A DNA stretch of 64,000 bases from Azolla caroliniana (Eukaryota > Plantae > Polypodiophyta), in the NCBI GenBank assembly GCA_043228905.1, contig JBHGNT010000002.1:17298001-17362000 (forward strand), given 5' to 3'. This document shows, one piece after another, positions 22,181-33,319 of the stretch. Made by a program: the position numbers and the translations under genes. Positions within the stretch are counted from its first letter, which is position 1; each line of letters begins with the position of its first letter. Under the pieces are notes generated by a model that saw only the letters and a list, made by a program, of their open reading frames with translations, ran no database searches and had not been told where the DNA came from.

Positions 22181-25100
22181 TGTTGAGAGACAAGCTCAAC
22201 ATCGGCCGGATCGACTGAAGAAGCCGAGGACCGGATCGGTTGGGACCGATCAATTAGGCCGAATGCGTAAACCGGTACGCAGATCGGTGCGTAGTTAGGG
22301 CCGGATCGGTGCGTAAACCGGGAGGCCGTTAGGAAAGATATTCCGTGAGGAATATATTTGGGAGTTAGTGTAGGAGCTCTTAATGAGCATTGAAGTACTG
22401 TCAGTACTTCGGTCAGTCCTTCTAGGACTTGTATAAAAGTGTTCATTGAACACACATATGTATAAAGAGTGGTGAATAGAGATTGGGTACCTTTTTTGAA
22501 TATAGTTCTTGTTTTTTTTCCTCTCTCACTCTCTCTGTCTCTCTCGCGTATACTGCGTGAGCTCAAGCTCTCCATTAAACCTGAGTTTTCTTCCTTCTAT
22601 TCGGTCTTCATACTTGCTTCCGCACATTACTTTTTACATGGTATCAGAGCGCGAGGGTTGAGAACCTCTCTGCAGCCGACACAGCTTGACGAAGAAGAAC
22701 AAGAAGAACGATGGATAGAGGCATGGCGAGCTCGCTTCCAACAGAGAAGCTCAACAGAACCAACTACGCGTCTTGGTCCTACAAGATGCACCAGTACCTG
22801 CTCGGGCACGGCTGTTGGAGTTATGTCGAAGGAGCTAATGACGCGGCACCCGAATCGACACACAGAGACTTCCCGTCGTGGGAGCAATCAGCGAGCAGGG
22901 TATTATACTGCTTGGCGTCGTGTGTGAGCGAACAACTATTGAGCTATGTTCGGGATGCAAAGACGTCGAAGGGTGCGTGGGAAAATCTAAAGAAGATTTT
23001 CGCCGTGAGCACCACTGCCAGGAAGCTTCAGCTCCGACAGGAGTTGAGCAACCTACGACAACGCGACTTGTCGGTGGCGGACTATACCTCGAAGATCAAA
23101 GATATCTGCGACTCCCTCGCCTCCATAGAGGTGAACATCGAGGAGAGTGAGATGGTCCAGATCTGTCTCGGAGGTTTTGGCGTCGAAGTTCGGAGCGTTC
23201 CGAACGGCTGTGTGTACCCGGGAGAATACGCCATCCTTTTTCGACTTACAGTCAATGCTCCTGGTAGAGGAGAACCATGCGGGTGCGTCTACAAGCACGC
23301 ACACCGACAACAGAATGCTGTACACGGAGGGAGATAGGCCCCGTGGATGTGGAGGACGAGGCGAGTCGGTGCGCAATGGAGGCGGCCGACGAGATCAAGG
23401 AAGAAGGCACCGAAGTGATGCCGAAAGCAACTCCGGACCCTCCGGAAACAGGGGGAGTCGAAGCGATGAGAACCGGCAAGGGAAGGCCATCGCGGAATGC
23501 TAGTACTGTGGCAAGAAAGGCCATAGGGAAAGTGAGTGCTGGAAGAAGCGCGCCGATTCGGAGAGAACAGGTTCCGGAAACGGCTCCGGACATACCAACA
23601 AGGGAAATCGGCAATGGTCGCACTACGCCGTAGACTCCGGGAGAGCCGGAGAAGGGTCTGCCTTCGTGACGAGACACGAAGCAAGCTCAATGAAATAGAC
23701 CACCCCAAGATCAGACGAGGTGTGGTACGTAGACTCCGGCGCGTCAAACCACATGACGAGCCATAAGGAGTGGTTCTCGTACCTTGAAAAAACCAATACA
23801 ACCTGGAGTAGTCGCAACTAGAGATGACACTCCGCATCCGATCGCGAATGTCGGAGAAGTTCCCCTTAGCCATGTCGGGCAGAAAGGGAAACTCATGAAC
23901 GTTGTCGGGGTTTTCCTCGACGATGCGTGGAATGAGGCGGGACCTCAGGGGTACTGTACCAAAGAGCAAGAGAGAAGGGACAAGAGACCCATTACGTGCG
24001 AGCGTAGATTCACAGGGACACGGCCCTTCGACACAAAGACGCGAGTGGGATAGCGACACAGAGAGACACGAATGTATGTATGTATTAACAAAGACAACAA
24101 CAAGAACACGGAAGCAACAAAAACACGAAGTCGGTTACAACCGAACAGGCCGGCGAACAGATGCCGATGCCTGTTCGTAAACGCACAGAAAGACAGGAGC
24201 AGGTTGGAGGTGCTGCCGGAAGCACTCGGGCATTCCTCAGAGCAGCGCGAGCCTCCCGAAACCTGCACAGAAGGAAGCTATGGAGTTTGCGAACCAGAGA
24301 GAGAGAGAGAAGCCTTCGCACACAAACCGACAGCACTTCGTCCTCGACTCTCCGCGATCCCTTTTCCCTCCTCGTCTCCCTCCTTTTATAGGCAAGGAAG
24401 GAGCCGTTTCCCCTTTACTTCCTACCTATCGAATCTACCGCCTAGGATCTTCTATGGACAACATTCGAGAAGAGCCGGTTCCTACGCTCCTGTGCACCGA
24501 TTCCGCTTGTGGACGGTTTTCTTCACGACATCCGCCCCCACCTAACCGCGCATCCACCGGCATGCGCCAAATTGAGTTGGGACGGGGAAAACCGGTCCAG
24601 CCTTTATTCCCCGCCCGTCGGTTCTTCTTCGGTTTCGGATCGTTCATCGTCGCGGTCCAAGTCAACCGGATCCGGCTCGTCGTCGTGACGCTTCTTGAAC
24701 ACTTTGATCCGCTTCCCAGCTACCGGTATCGCCATTCTCGTACCGTCGAGTTTTGCCAGATGGTACGTCCCGTTGTCGTTGGCGCTTTGTACCACGTAAG
24801 GCCCGAACCACCTTCTTGCGAACTTCCGTGTCGCTCGGTGCTGGTTGTCAAGGCTGTTGTCATAGACTAACACCCAGTCGCCTTCCTCGATCTTCTTCGG
24901 TCGGAGCCGGTGCGTCCGGTCGAACCGGGCTTTGTTCCTCGTCCTGGCCACCCAAAGCCTTTCCGCAGCCTGCTCCACGTCCTCAGGTCTTCGCTCGAGC
25001 TGTCGTATGCGCGCCGTCAACAGTTCCTCCCGGCTCATCTCGTCTCTCCAGTCCACGGTTGCCCATGAGGAGATCGTACGTTCCATCGGCATGATCGGCT

Positions 25101-28100
25101 TTTGCCCAAACATGAGCTCTGCCGGCATGAATCCGGTTACCGAACTGTGTGTAGTTCGGTCCACCCACAACACGTAAGGCAGTAGCTGCGACCAGTTCCC
25201 GACTTGACCTCCGCATGCCCGAACTAACGCCTTGACGATCGGTCCGTGACCGCGCTCCACCTTCCCATTCGCCTCCGGATTGTACGCAGTGGTAAGCGAG
25301 AGCTTGACTCCTAGCCGGTCGAACAACTCCTCGGCCTCTTCGGCGTGCAACTCCCCGCGATCAGCCACGATCTTCCCGACGCACCCGTACCGGCATATCA
25401 CGTTCTCCATCAGGAACCGACATACGGCTGCAGTCGTTTTGTTCTGAAGGGCCCGGCCTTCTACCTGGTTCGTCAGATCTTCCCGAGCCAGGACCAGATA
25501 CCGCATCTGTCCTACTCCCATCGGCATCGTCACCAGGTCTACCATCCATTTGAAGTGGATGGTCGGAGGGTACGTAGGGTGAAGCCCGTCCCGATGTCGG
25601 ACTACGAAGTGCATCTGACAGCTCTCGCAAGTCGTCACGAACCGATGCACATCCCGGTAAAGTCCCGGCCACCAGTACTTCCCCTTTATCTTCTCGAACG
25701 TGGCCCACGTTCCACGGTGTCCAGCCCAAGGGCTGTCGTGGTAGGCCGTCAGTAGCTCCTCCTGTTCTTCCTTCATCGCCACCACCCGGAGCGGGACGCC
25801 GTTCCTCTTCTTCGGCTGCTTCCATAAGTATCCGTCCCGGAGATAGAATCGGTAAGCTTTCTTCCGGATCCGGTTGGCCTCGTCCTTCGTCCATGACGCA
25901 TTCGGCGTCATCATCCTCAAAAATCCACCGATCTGGAGCCACTCGCCGTCGTACTTGCTCTCGTCGAAGCCGTTAAGTGCCGGAGTGCTCGCCCCGTCGG
26001 TCGTCACGTACGCCGCCTCGAAGAAGTCCACGCCGACTTCTTCGTCCTTCGAAACCATGCCGCCCTCGTCATCAAACCTCGCCCTCGAAAGCATGTCGGC
26101 CATGGCGTTGTCTTTTCCGGAAATGTGTCGTATTTCCGGGTCCAGGGACTTGATGTACGCTATCCTCCGGAGCATCGCCAGGTCCGGTGTCGCGCATCCG
26201 GAAACCATGCCAAGAATCGGCAGGAAATCCGTCTCGATAACCACTTCTGTCCCGATCAAGTAGTCTTTGTCGGCCTTTACTGCCGAAACGATACCCCAGA
26301 GTTCGTGTTTAACCTGGGCGTACCCTCGTTGTCGTTCATTGAGGACCTTCGCGCCGAATCGGATCGGGAACCGAATGCCGTCCCCGTCTTCTTGGTTGAC
26401 GACCCATCCAATCCCGGTCGGACTCGTATCCACTGTTATGTATACCGGGGTACCCTTCTCGTAGACAGCCTTCCGGAGCGCTGGTGCTGCCGCAAGAGCT
26501 TCCTTCAGCTTCCGGACTCACTCCGTGTGCTCGTCTCGCCACTCGAATTTTTGCCCTTTCTTTAGCAACCCGTATAGCGGCTCCGCAACATGGGCGTAAT
26601 GTGGGATCCATATGTGGTAGAATGCACATGCCCCCAGCAACCTCCGAACTTCCGTAACCGAGCTACAGTCGGTCTTCATCGCGGAAATGGCTTCTACCTT
26701 TGCCGGAGATGGCTTCCGGCCATATGGTCCACATAGGTGTCCGACCACCAGGATTTCCGATTGCCCGAAGGCCGATTTCTCCCCGGAGATGGTGAGCCTC
26801 GCATCCTCTAGCCTTTGTAGCACCTTCTCGCAGTCGCCGATGTGTGTTGCCACGAATCGCCGGCATCCGTCCGGCCCGACTGTCTCGTCCTTCTCTTCCA
26901 CCGGGCACCCTTTGATAGGGATGTCGTCTAGAAACGGCATGGTGATGTCCGGGATGCAATCCCTCAGTACCTTGTTCATTGCATTCACCATGTGGGCCAC
27001 CGAGTTGGTCCCTCCTTGTGGCAGGGTACACATTCGCACTAGGCCGAGGGGAGTTCGCATCGTCGTAATGTCTTTGCTCTCCACGGGTAGCTGGAACTGG
27101 TCGTACCCCGAGTACAGATCACCGACCGAGTAAATCGACCTTCCGGCGAAGGCCTCCGCGAACTCGTCTATAGTCGGTCCGATTCCTGCGTTCCGAATGG
27201 TCACTCTGTTGACCGGCTACAGGTCTTGAATGAAGCGCATCGTTCCGTTTTTCTTTGGTACGTTAAACCATCGGTTCGAGTATGGGGCACTCAACGGTTC
27301 GAGAATGCCCATATCTACTTTCTGCCTCAATAGCTCCATCAACTTCGGGATGTGAGCCCTCGGTACCGGAATCGGCTTGAGATTCCACGGCACATGCGGT
27401 ACCGTGAATATCACCATCGGCTCCATGATCGTCGGGTCTGCGCACCCGATCTCGTCCGGTGAGAATGCGAAGGCTTTCCCGTGCCTTCCGAGCATTCTCC
27501 GAAACCGGTCTTCCTCCGCTGGCAGTAGGAACCCGCCCCCACCGATTTTGAGCTCCCGGAGCGTCCCGTCGGTGAAGGTGTGTCCTATGCAAGCCGGATC
27601 TCGTAAACTGGGGTCCGACGCAACCCCTCTGATCCGGGACTCGCTGCCCTCCGGTAAGGGTGCCGCGACTGGCCTTACCTTCCGGTCCACAGTCTTGTAC
27701 TTTGTGCTAACTCGGGCCGTCCGATCCGACCCGAGCCCCCGACTGAAGTTCGCGATGACTTCGTACATCTCTTCGGAACATACCGGTATCGTCTGGTCTT
27801 CGTTAAGGTCTTCTCCGGCAACCTTCCTCAGCATCCCCAAGGTGTCGTCGAAGGAGACCGCCTCCACGGCTCCGCTGATTTCCTCATCCGGGCCGAGAAC
27901 TCCGCACGCTCGAAGTCGCACTTCCGCCCTTGTCTTTTCTCGCCCAACGATGCCGACTATCATACACCCTCCGTTGTCGGAGAAGCAAAATCTCCTACCT
28001 ATCGTACAGTCGTGGGGTCTTTCCCGAGTGTCCGGAATGTCTCGGCCCCACGCCTTGGAAGCCCTCTCTAAAAATCCTCCCGGTTCTCGCCACCGAGGGA

Positions 28101-29193
28101 TTCACGGTTTCGCTCGTGGTTCGGTCGCACCGTCAGAAATTGGACCGAATGACGCCCGTCCTGGCTTTTGACCCTCGCGTAGGCCGAACCGTTGTCTAGC
28201 ACCTTGGTCTCCATTCTCGCCGCCGTGATGTATGGTTCCCCTAATATGACCGGATGCGAGGACGTCTCCTGTACGAAGAAGTGCTGGTCAATCTCGACGT
28301 CGCCGATCTTTACTCGCACATTCGGGCAGGCCCCGTGCAGTTCCTCGGTGGCGCGCGTCGCCGCCCGTATCTTCCACCCGTGCCTGGTGTTGATCGGCCA
28401 CTTTCCCTTTTTATAGAAGTCCATGGACATTAGGTTTATTTCCGAACCGTGGTCCACCAACGCCACCACCGGTTCCTGAACATCTCCGATCTTTACCGGG
28501 GTCTTCGTGGTCGCTCGGGCCCAGTGTGGCCTCGAATAGTGGCTCTCCGCCCACTCGTCTTCCATCGCCATGTCGTCGATGTGCGTCGTCCGCACCTCCA
28601 CCGGTCTTTCCGGTTCCGTCTCCGTCGACAGCCTCTTCCGTTTCACCAGGTCCACAATGGAGTCATGGAACTCCTTCTTGGCGATCCCTAGCACCTCCCA
28701 TAATGACAGCTCCACTTTGTTGTCGAGGATCCGTTCTTCCAGGACCTTTCGTAGGTCCGTAGTCCTTTCTATCTCTGTCCCCAGTCGGTATCCGCCCTTC
28801 CTGGGGTTATCTTGCGAGCTGGACCCGCCGGCATCGTTCCGTCGTTGCCCGAATCGGGTCTCGTACCGTTGTGAGGGCCCGGCCGCTCCGGCTTTCCCCA
28901 CTCGTTTGTCTTCTACCAGAGCCTCGTAGTTCCGGCAGGCGGCTTCTACGAAGCCCGTCTTCTCCTGTCAGTCCTTCTAGGACTTGTATAAAAGTGTTCA
29001 TTGAACACACATATGTATGGGATAGTGAATAGAGATTGAGTACTGTTCTTGAATATAGTTCGTGTTTCTCTCTCTCTCTCTTACTCTCTCTCTCTCTCCC
29101 GCGTATACTGCGTAAGCTCAAGCTCTCCATTAAACCTGAGTGTTCTTCCTTCTATTCTGTCTTCATACTTGCTTCCGCACGCTACTTTCTACA
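22181..29193 (+). mobile_element. Ty1/copia element D inserted in the gag of B; INT/RT/RH and the 5' part of its 3' LTR are deleted
   Basis: 5' LTR 22181-22638 immediately followed by PBS tggtatcagagc. gag (KLNRTNYASW...RKLQLRQEL), zinc knuckle and protease WYVDSGASNHM. Partial 3' LTR 28967-29193. TSD AATAG. Confidence 0.92.
23903..28966 (-). mobile_element. Gypsy element E (same family as F), 5'-truncated, inserted in D
   Basis: 3' LTR 23903-24530 is homologous to the F LTRs. PPT aggtgggggcgga. RH/INT ORF 24604-26433, RT 26518-27963, protease (LVDHGSEIN) 28068-28901. Flanked by ACGT at 23899-23902. Confidence 0.93.
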
Positions 29194-29529
29194 AATAGTC
29201 ACTTCAAGTTGTACACGTAATGTCAGCTGCCCGTGTTGTTGTTGTTTTTCCAGTGCTATTTGTTGAAGATCCCCCAACAAACGGTGATTTTCTTGTTCTA
29301 GTGTTACAAATTTTTCTTTTAAGCACTGGAGCTTCGAGAAAATAGATTGGTATTCCTGAGTGCTAACAATTTCCATTTTACTAGGGAGGATAAGAGGATT
29401 AGTATGAAGGGAAAAAAGGGGTATGAAAATGACGGAAATCGGAAAGAAGACCAGAGAAAAGGGCATATGTAAGAAGATAAAAGGAAGAGGAGGAAAGGAG
29501 GAGACGAAAGGAGGGAAATCGATTCAAAC

Positions 29530-29617
29530 TATCAGGAATAGTACTGAGACAAAGAAGAAATTAGTACTAAGGGGAATAGAGGGTGTAGAACACTCGAGAG
29601 AAGGAGAGAGAGAGAGA

Positions 29618-29651
<34 letters not shown>

Positions 29652-29962
29652 TTGAGGGAGAGGAAATGATGATGACAACAATATATTATGTGAGAAGAAT
29701 ATACAAGGAAGGCTAGGAGGCTTAAGACTCGCGTTGAACCGATTTGGTTCGAAATAATGCCTTGTGCCTCCTTTTATAGTGTTATCAGAAGTAGTCCTGA
29801 AGATTCTAGAGTGTTCCAGAGAAATCTGGAATATACATTAATTTTCTATAGTAAAACTTAAATAAAAATAATATTCTACATATTACAATAGATAGTGTAA
29901 TGGTCAAGAGCTCGACCCATGTAACATAAGGTCATGGGTTCGAGTCTTGCCATGTCAAGACA
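29530..29962 (-). repeat. 5' LTR of chromovirus B with TATA box (29772-29778) and antisense tRNA-like A/B boxes (29893-29947)
   Basis: Direct repeat of 13061-13487. TATAAAA on - strand. tagtgtaatgg and ggttcgagtc on + strand. Confidence 0.9.
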
Positions 29963-31402
29963 AGGGCCACTTGGACTTGGCTAAGGTGGGGGATAGGGCG
30001 AGCATGTGGGACAAGAAGTTTATGGGCATCGAAGTCAATCATAGTGCGACGCTTGAGGAACCAATCACAATTTAAGGTGAAGGGGAAGAGTTGATGGGGC
30101 AAGACATAAAAGTGGTGTGAGAAGGTGTAGTGGGCTTGCGTGCGAGAGTGTTAAAGATGTTGGTGATTGCCAAAAAGGACTTGGATGGAAGGAGCGGTGG
30201 ATGTGGGGAGACCTAATTGGTGAGAACTAAGGTGGTGCTAATGGAAGAGATACTACTACTAGAGTCCAAGAAAATGGTGTGGGTGCAGTGATTAATGGTG
30301 GCGAGAGCGGTTCATACATGCGAACTGGAAGAGGCGACGCTTGGATGTGGAGGGCTGGCTCTTCCATCAGCACCCCGGAAGGCAGTTTCTTGGAAGTTCA
30401 GCCAATGATGCCGCATTAGCCATAGTTATCTGGTTTTGTTGCTTGTGAGATTGTTGTTGCAATTTTCGGTAGTGACATCGGACGTGTCCATAATTGCTGA
30501 AATAGAAACACTTTAGGCGCCCTTGGCCATCATGATTGGGAAGGTTGCGGCGAGCCTGAAGTTGCATGTTTTGGACATCAATGTCCATGGGGGGGGGCAC
30601 ACCTTGGTATTGGGCACGCAAGTCGGTCGATGATGGATGGGGCCAACGTGGTTGGGAGTCAAATAACGTACAATCTTCGATGCGTTGGGCAATGAGGATG
30701 GCGTCGTTGAATGTCTTGGGACTTTGGTCCCGAGCGCGACGAGTGATGTTGTGGCACATACGGGGCCATAAGAAGAAAAGCTTCACATGCTCGGGCATAG
30801 TAGGGTTGGCACGAATGAAGAGTTGATTGAGGTGAACACCAAATTGACCCACGGGTTTGTGTGCTTACTGCTGCAACGTTTCGAGTTGTTGTAACGCCGT
30901 TTGGGCCGAATTTTGATGGGTAAAGTTTTGCACGAGGAGATCCTAAGGAATCACCCAGTTCTTTGTCACGTTGCTTGATTGTTGGACGTACTAGATGGTG
31001 GCAACATTTTCGAGCAGGGTACAAACTTCCAAAGCTTTGCTTCTTCAGACCATCGATGGTAACTGGAGATCATCTCAAAGTGGTCCAACCAGGCTAAGAC
31101 ATCCTTGGAAGGCAAGCCGGAGAAGGACTTCGGGCAGACCTCGGAATCTGGCCGATCTTGAGTGCGGTCGTTCGTTGTTAGCGGAGAGGAAGGAGAGCAT
31201 TGCTTGATTTGTGTGGTTGATTTGAAGCATGGCATTGGAGAGGAGTTGGAGGAGCTGCTTCATTTGGAAAGGGGGTGGTCGTCCGTGAGGTTGCGAGAAC
31301 TCGGGCTCCATCATAGTATCGGCGTTTGAGGCGATGGGAGGGAATTGGGATGCCATGAACGAGGTTGTAATGGCTAAACTTTTACCCCTCTTCTCCACCA
31401 AT

Positions 31403-31578
31403 TGTGTGAAATGCACATAAAAGGAAACCAAACCAACGTTCCTAGCTTCTTACTTATCATTCAATTTATAGAAGATACAAAGGTCTAGCTACATGCGTCC
31501 CAAAAGGGTGTGCTAAAAGGGTGGGCTAAAACTTGTGGTGTGTTAAGAGGCATGCACTCGCATGAAAGGGATACCACA
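31403..31578 (-). repeat. 5' LTR of gypsy A (176 bp)
   Basis: TGTGG...CACA termini on - strand, followed after 2 nt by a tRNA-Ala-like PBS. Confidence 0.8.
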
Positions 31579-32293
31579 ATATTATTGACCTATTGGTGTG
31601 GACATTCCATAATTTAGAGATAGCCTGGGGTATGTTGCCAGTCTTAATTTTCTTCATTATACTTTAGCTAGCTTAGCATACACATAGTTGTTATTTGTAA
31701 TGCATTTTATTACATGCGGGAAACCTTTGTCCTCAAGGTGATGTGAAACCCACGAAAATGGTTTAAAGGGAACTAGAGATATCCTATGGTAATAAAACAA
31801 AGGCTAGGTGTGTTGGGATATCATGGAGAATATAACTACCAATTAAAGATAACATTACATCACAAGGTAGTATGTAGGTTAATTGTCAGTGGACCATAAT
31901 GAAAATGCAAGAAAGTTCAAATGGGCTTGCCAAATATGGTAAATTACACCTTAATTATAACCATTGTTATAGTTCCAGTGAAAAACTCCATGGATGGACT
32001 GTAAGTCTATAACAAATATAACATACTTTCATGAATGTAGCCACATTGTTTGAATGTTGTGAGTGCAAAGCTTGAAAAACTTCTCCAAGAAAATAACTCT
32101 ACAAAAATACACATTGTGTGAATGTTGTGAGTCTTACTTATCAATAGACTAAAATAAAGTAAAAAACAAATGATTAGATCGGATATAGGAACTAGATCCT
32201 CTAGAGTAATGGTTGAGACATAGCCAACCTACCACTAACATCCAATATCAACAAATATCAGTATGACTGGTACATTCGTAGAGGTAAAACTAT

Positions 32294-33319
32294 TGTCGTG
32301 CAAAAGGCTACTACACTATCATGAATATTTCGCGCGTGTGGTTCGGCTGGGTGGGACCATGGGGGTCTCAGACTAGGGGTCAGATGGTGAGGGAGCTTGC
32401 ACCCTATGGCCTTTGGTGTTCCGCTCTTCAGTCTTTCCGGCCACGTAGCTTCGGTCGCTTAGGCTTCCAGCCGGATCTGTCCTTGCCTGGCCCAGTTTCC
32501 TTTTGCGTTGTCGACCTTCGGGCCACGTCGTCTCTCGGCCACTCCTACTGTTGGCTTTTGGCGCCAACCGGCTCAGCCTCCCTCGCTATCGGCGCTTGGT
32601 TTTCGGGGTTCATAGAACAAGTTACAATAATGACACTTGGCCGGATTCGACACGACAACGATACAATGGGAAAGGGAAGTGATGAGACGACAGACAGATG
32701 ACAAGAAGGGAGGGCCCGATGATGGTCGTGTCTCCCAACTCGTGATGCTTTCCCTTGACAAACAGAGCGTACCACCACTTGAACAACGAGTTCTCTAGCT
32801 CCTAGTAGCGAACGCGGATGGACGCTAACCATGTGGATGAGCCTCTGAACGGTGAGCTCTCAGGCTCATGGCGACCTCGTACCAACACAATGACATTGTG
32901 TTGTAAAGCGAAGGGGCACGTGACAACTCTGTTAAGAGAGAGAAGAGGAAGAGCTCCAAGCATCCAAAGCCAAAACTTAAGAAAAAAGCAGAGGGGCTGC
33001 TTGTGAGCACCCCTCTCCCTTTTATAGCCCAAAGGGGGGAGGTGCCACTTGCATTGGATGAGGAAAATAATCCTCCCCTTTTCAGAGGGGAATATTTGGG
33101 CCATAAATCAAGGCGTTGATTGATTTGGCTCTATTGAGACATGTGCCACATTAACTCCCATTTTTTCCCCCACTCTCACACATGCCTCACCACTCTCTAC
33201 TCATTCCCATTTACACACATGTTTTAACTCCATCTCCCTCTCAGTTTTCTTGTACTTCCTTGTACGTGTGCATGTGCAACAAATACCCTTATATGCACAC
33301 ACACTGCACATAACCATTT
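32294..33319 (-). mobile_element. LTR L (solo or 3' LTR of an unidentified element), U3 interrupted by copia H
   Basis: On - strand it ends ...CACGACA, like the G LTR ends. It contains ctataaaagg (~33019-33028) followed by a pyrimidine-rich leader. The other end and TSD are not seen. Confidence 0.55.

Larger units (their letters stand above)
13061..29962 (-). mobile_element. Chromovirus B (Tcn1/Tf1-sushi-like), internally deleted and defective
   Basis: LTRs 13061-13487 and 29530-29962. TSD AGGGC (13056-13060, 29963-29967). PPT next to 13488. Chromodomain EYEVVVILNSKIVRNKIYYLVDWLGY. Integrase ~13945-14800. RT N-terminus 20327-20880. gag KEPKIGLPTKFDGTRSQFRGF. RT core is deleted near 15045. 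Confidence 0.92.
10341..31578 (-). mobile_element. Gypsy element A (non-chromovirus, lineage uncertain), outermost of nest 1; own sequence is 10341-13060 plus 29963-31578
   Basis: Degraded gag (30367-31350, PPMDID, CxxxxxxGHVR), protease region (~30000-30300), RT (FCIDFKPLN...RMPFGL), RNase H (QTDAS, NYSATEKELLA) and integrase (YHPQTNGLTER). 5' LTR 31403-31578. PBS tggtggagaagaggggta (tRNA-Ala-like) ends at 31400. ATAT flanks both ends (10337-10340, 31579-31582). Confidence 0.85.

Noticed and set aside
10341-31578. Ginger-type DNA transposon
   Set aside because: It has TIR-like ends and a 4-bp flank, but contains gag, RT, RNase H, a PBS and a normal 5' LTR, and the integrase is broken.
31579-32293. 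Possible transposase remnant in AT-rich DNA between the nests (also 9450-10340)
   Set aside because: No recognisable motif, TIR or TSD by eye; needs a translated search.
32294-32657. Short solo LTR bounded by tgtcgtg...cacgaca
   Set aside because: The flanks (ctat, acga) are not a TSD and LTR-like sequence with a TATA box continues to 33319.
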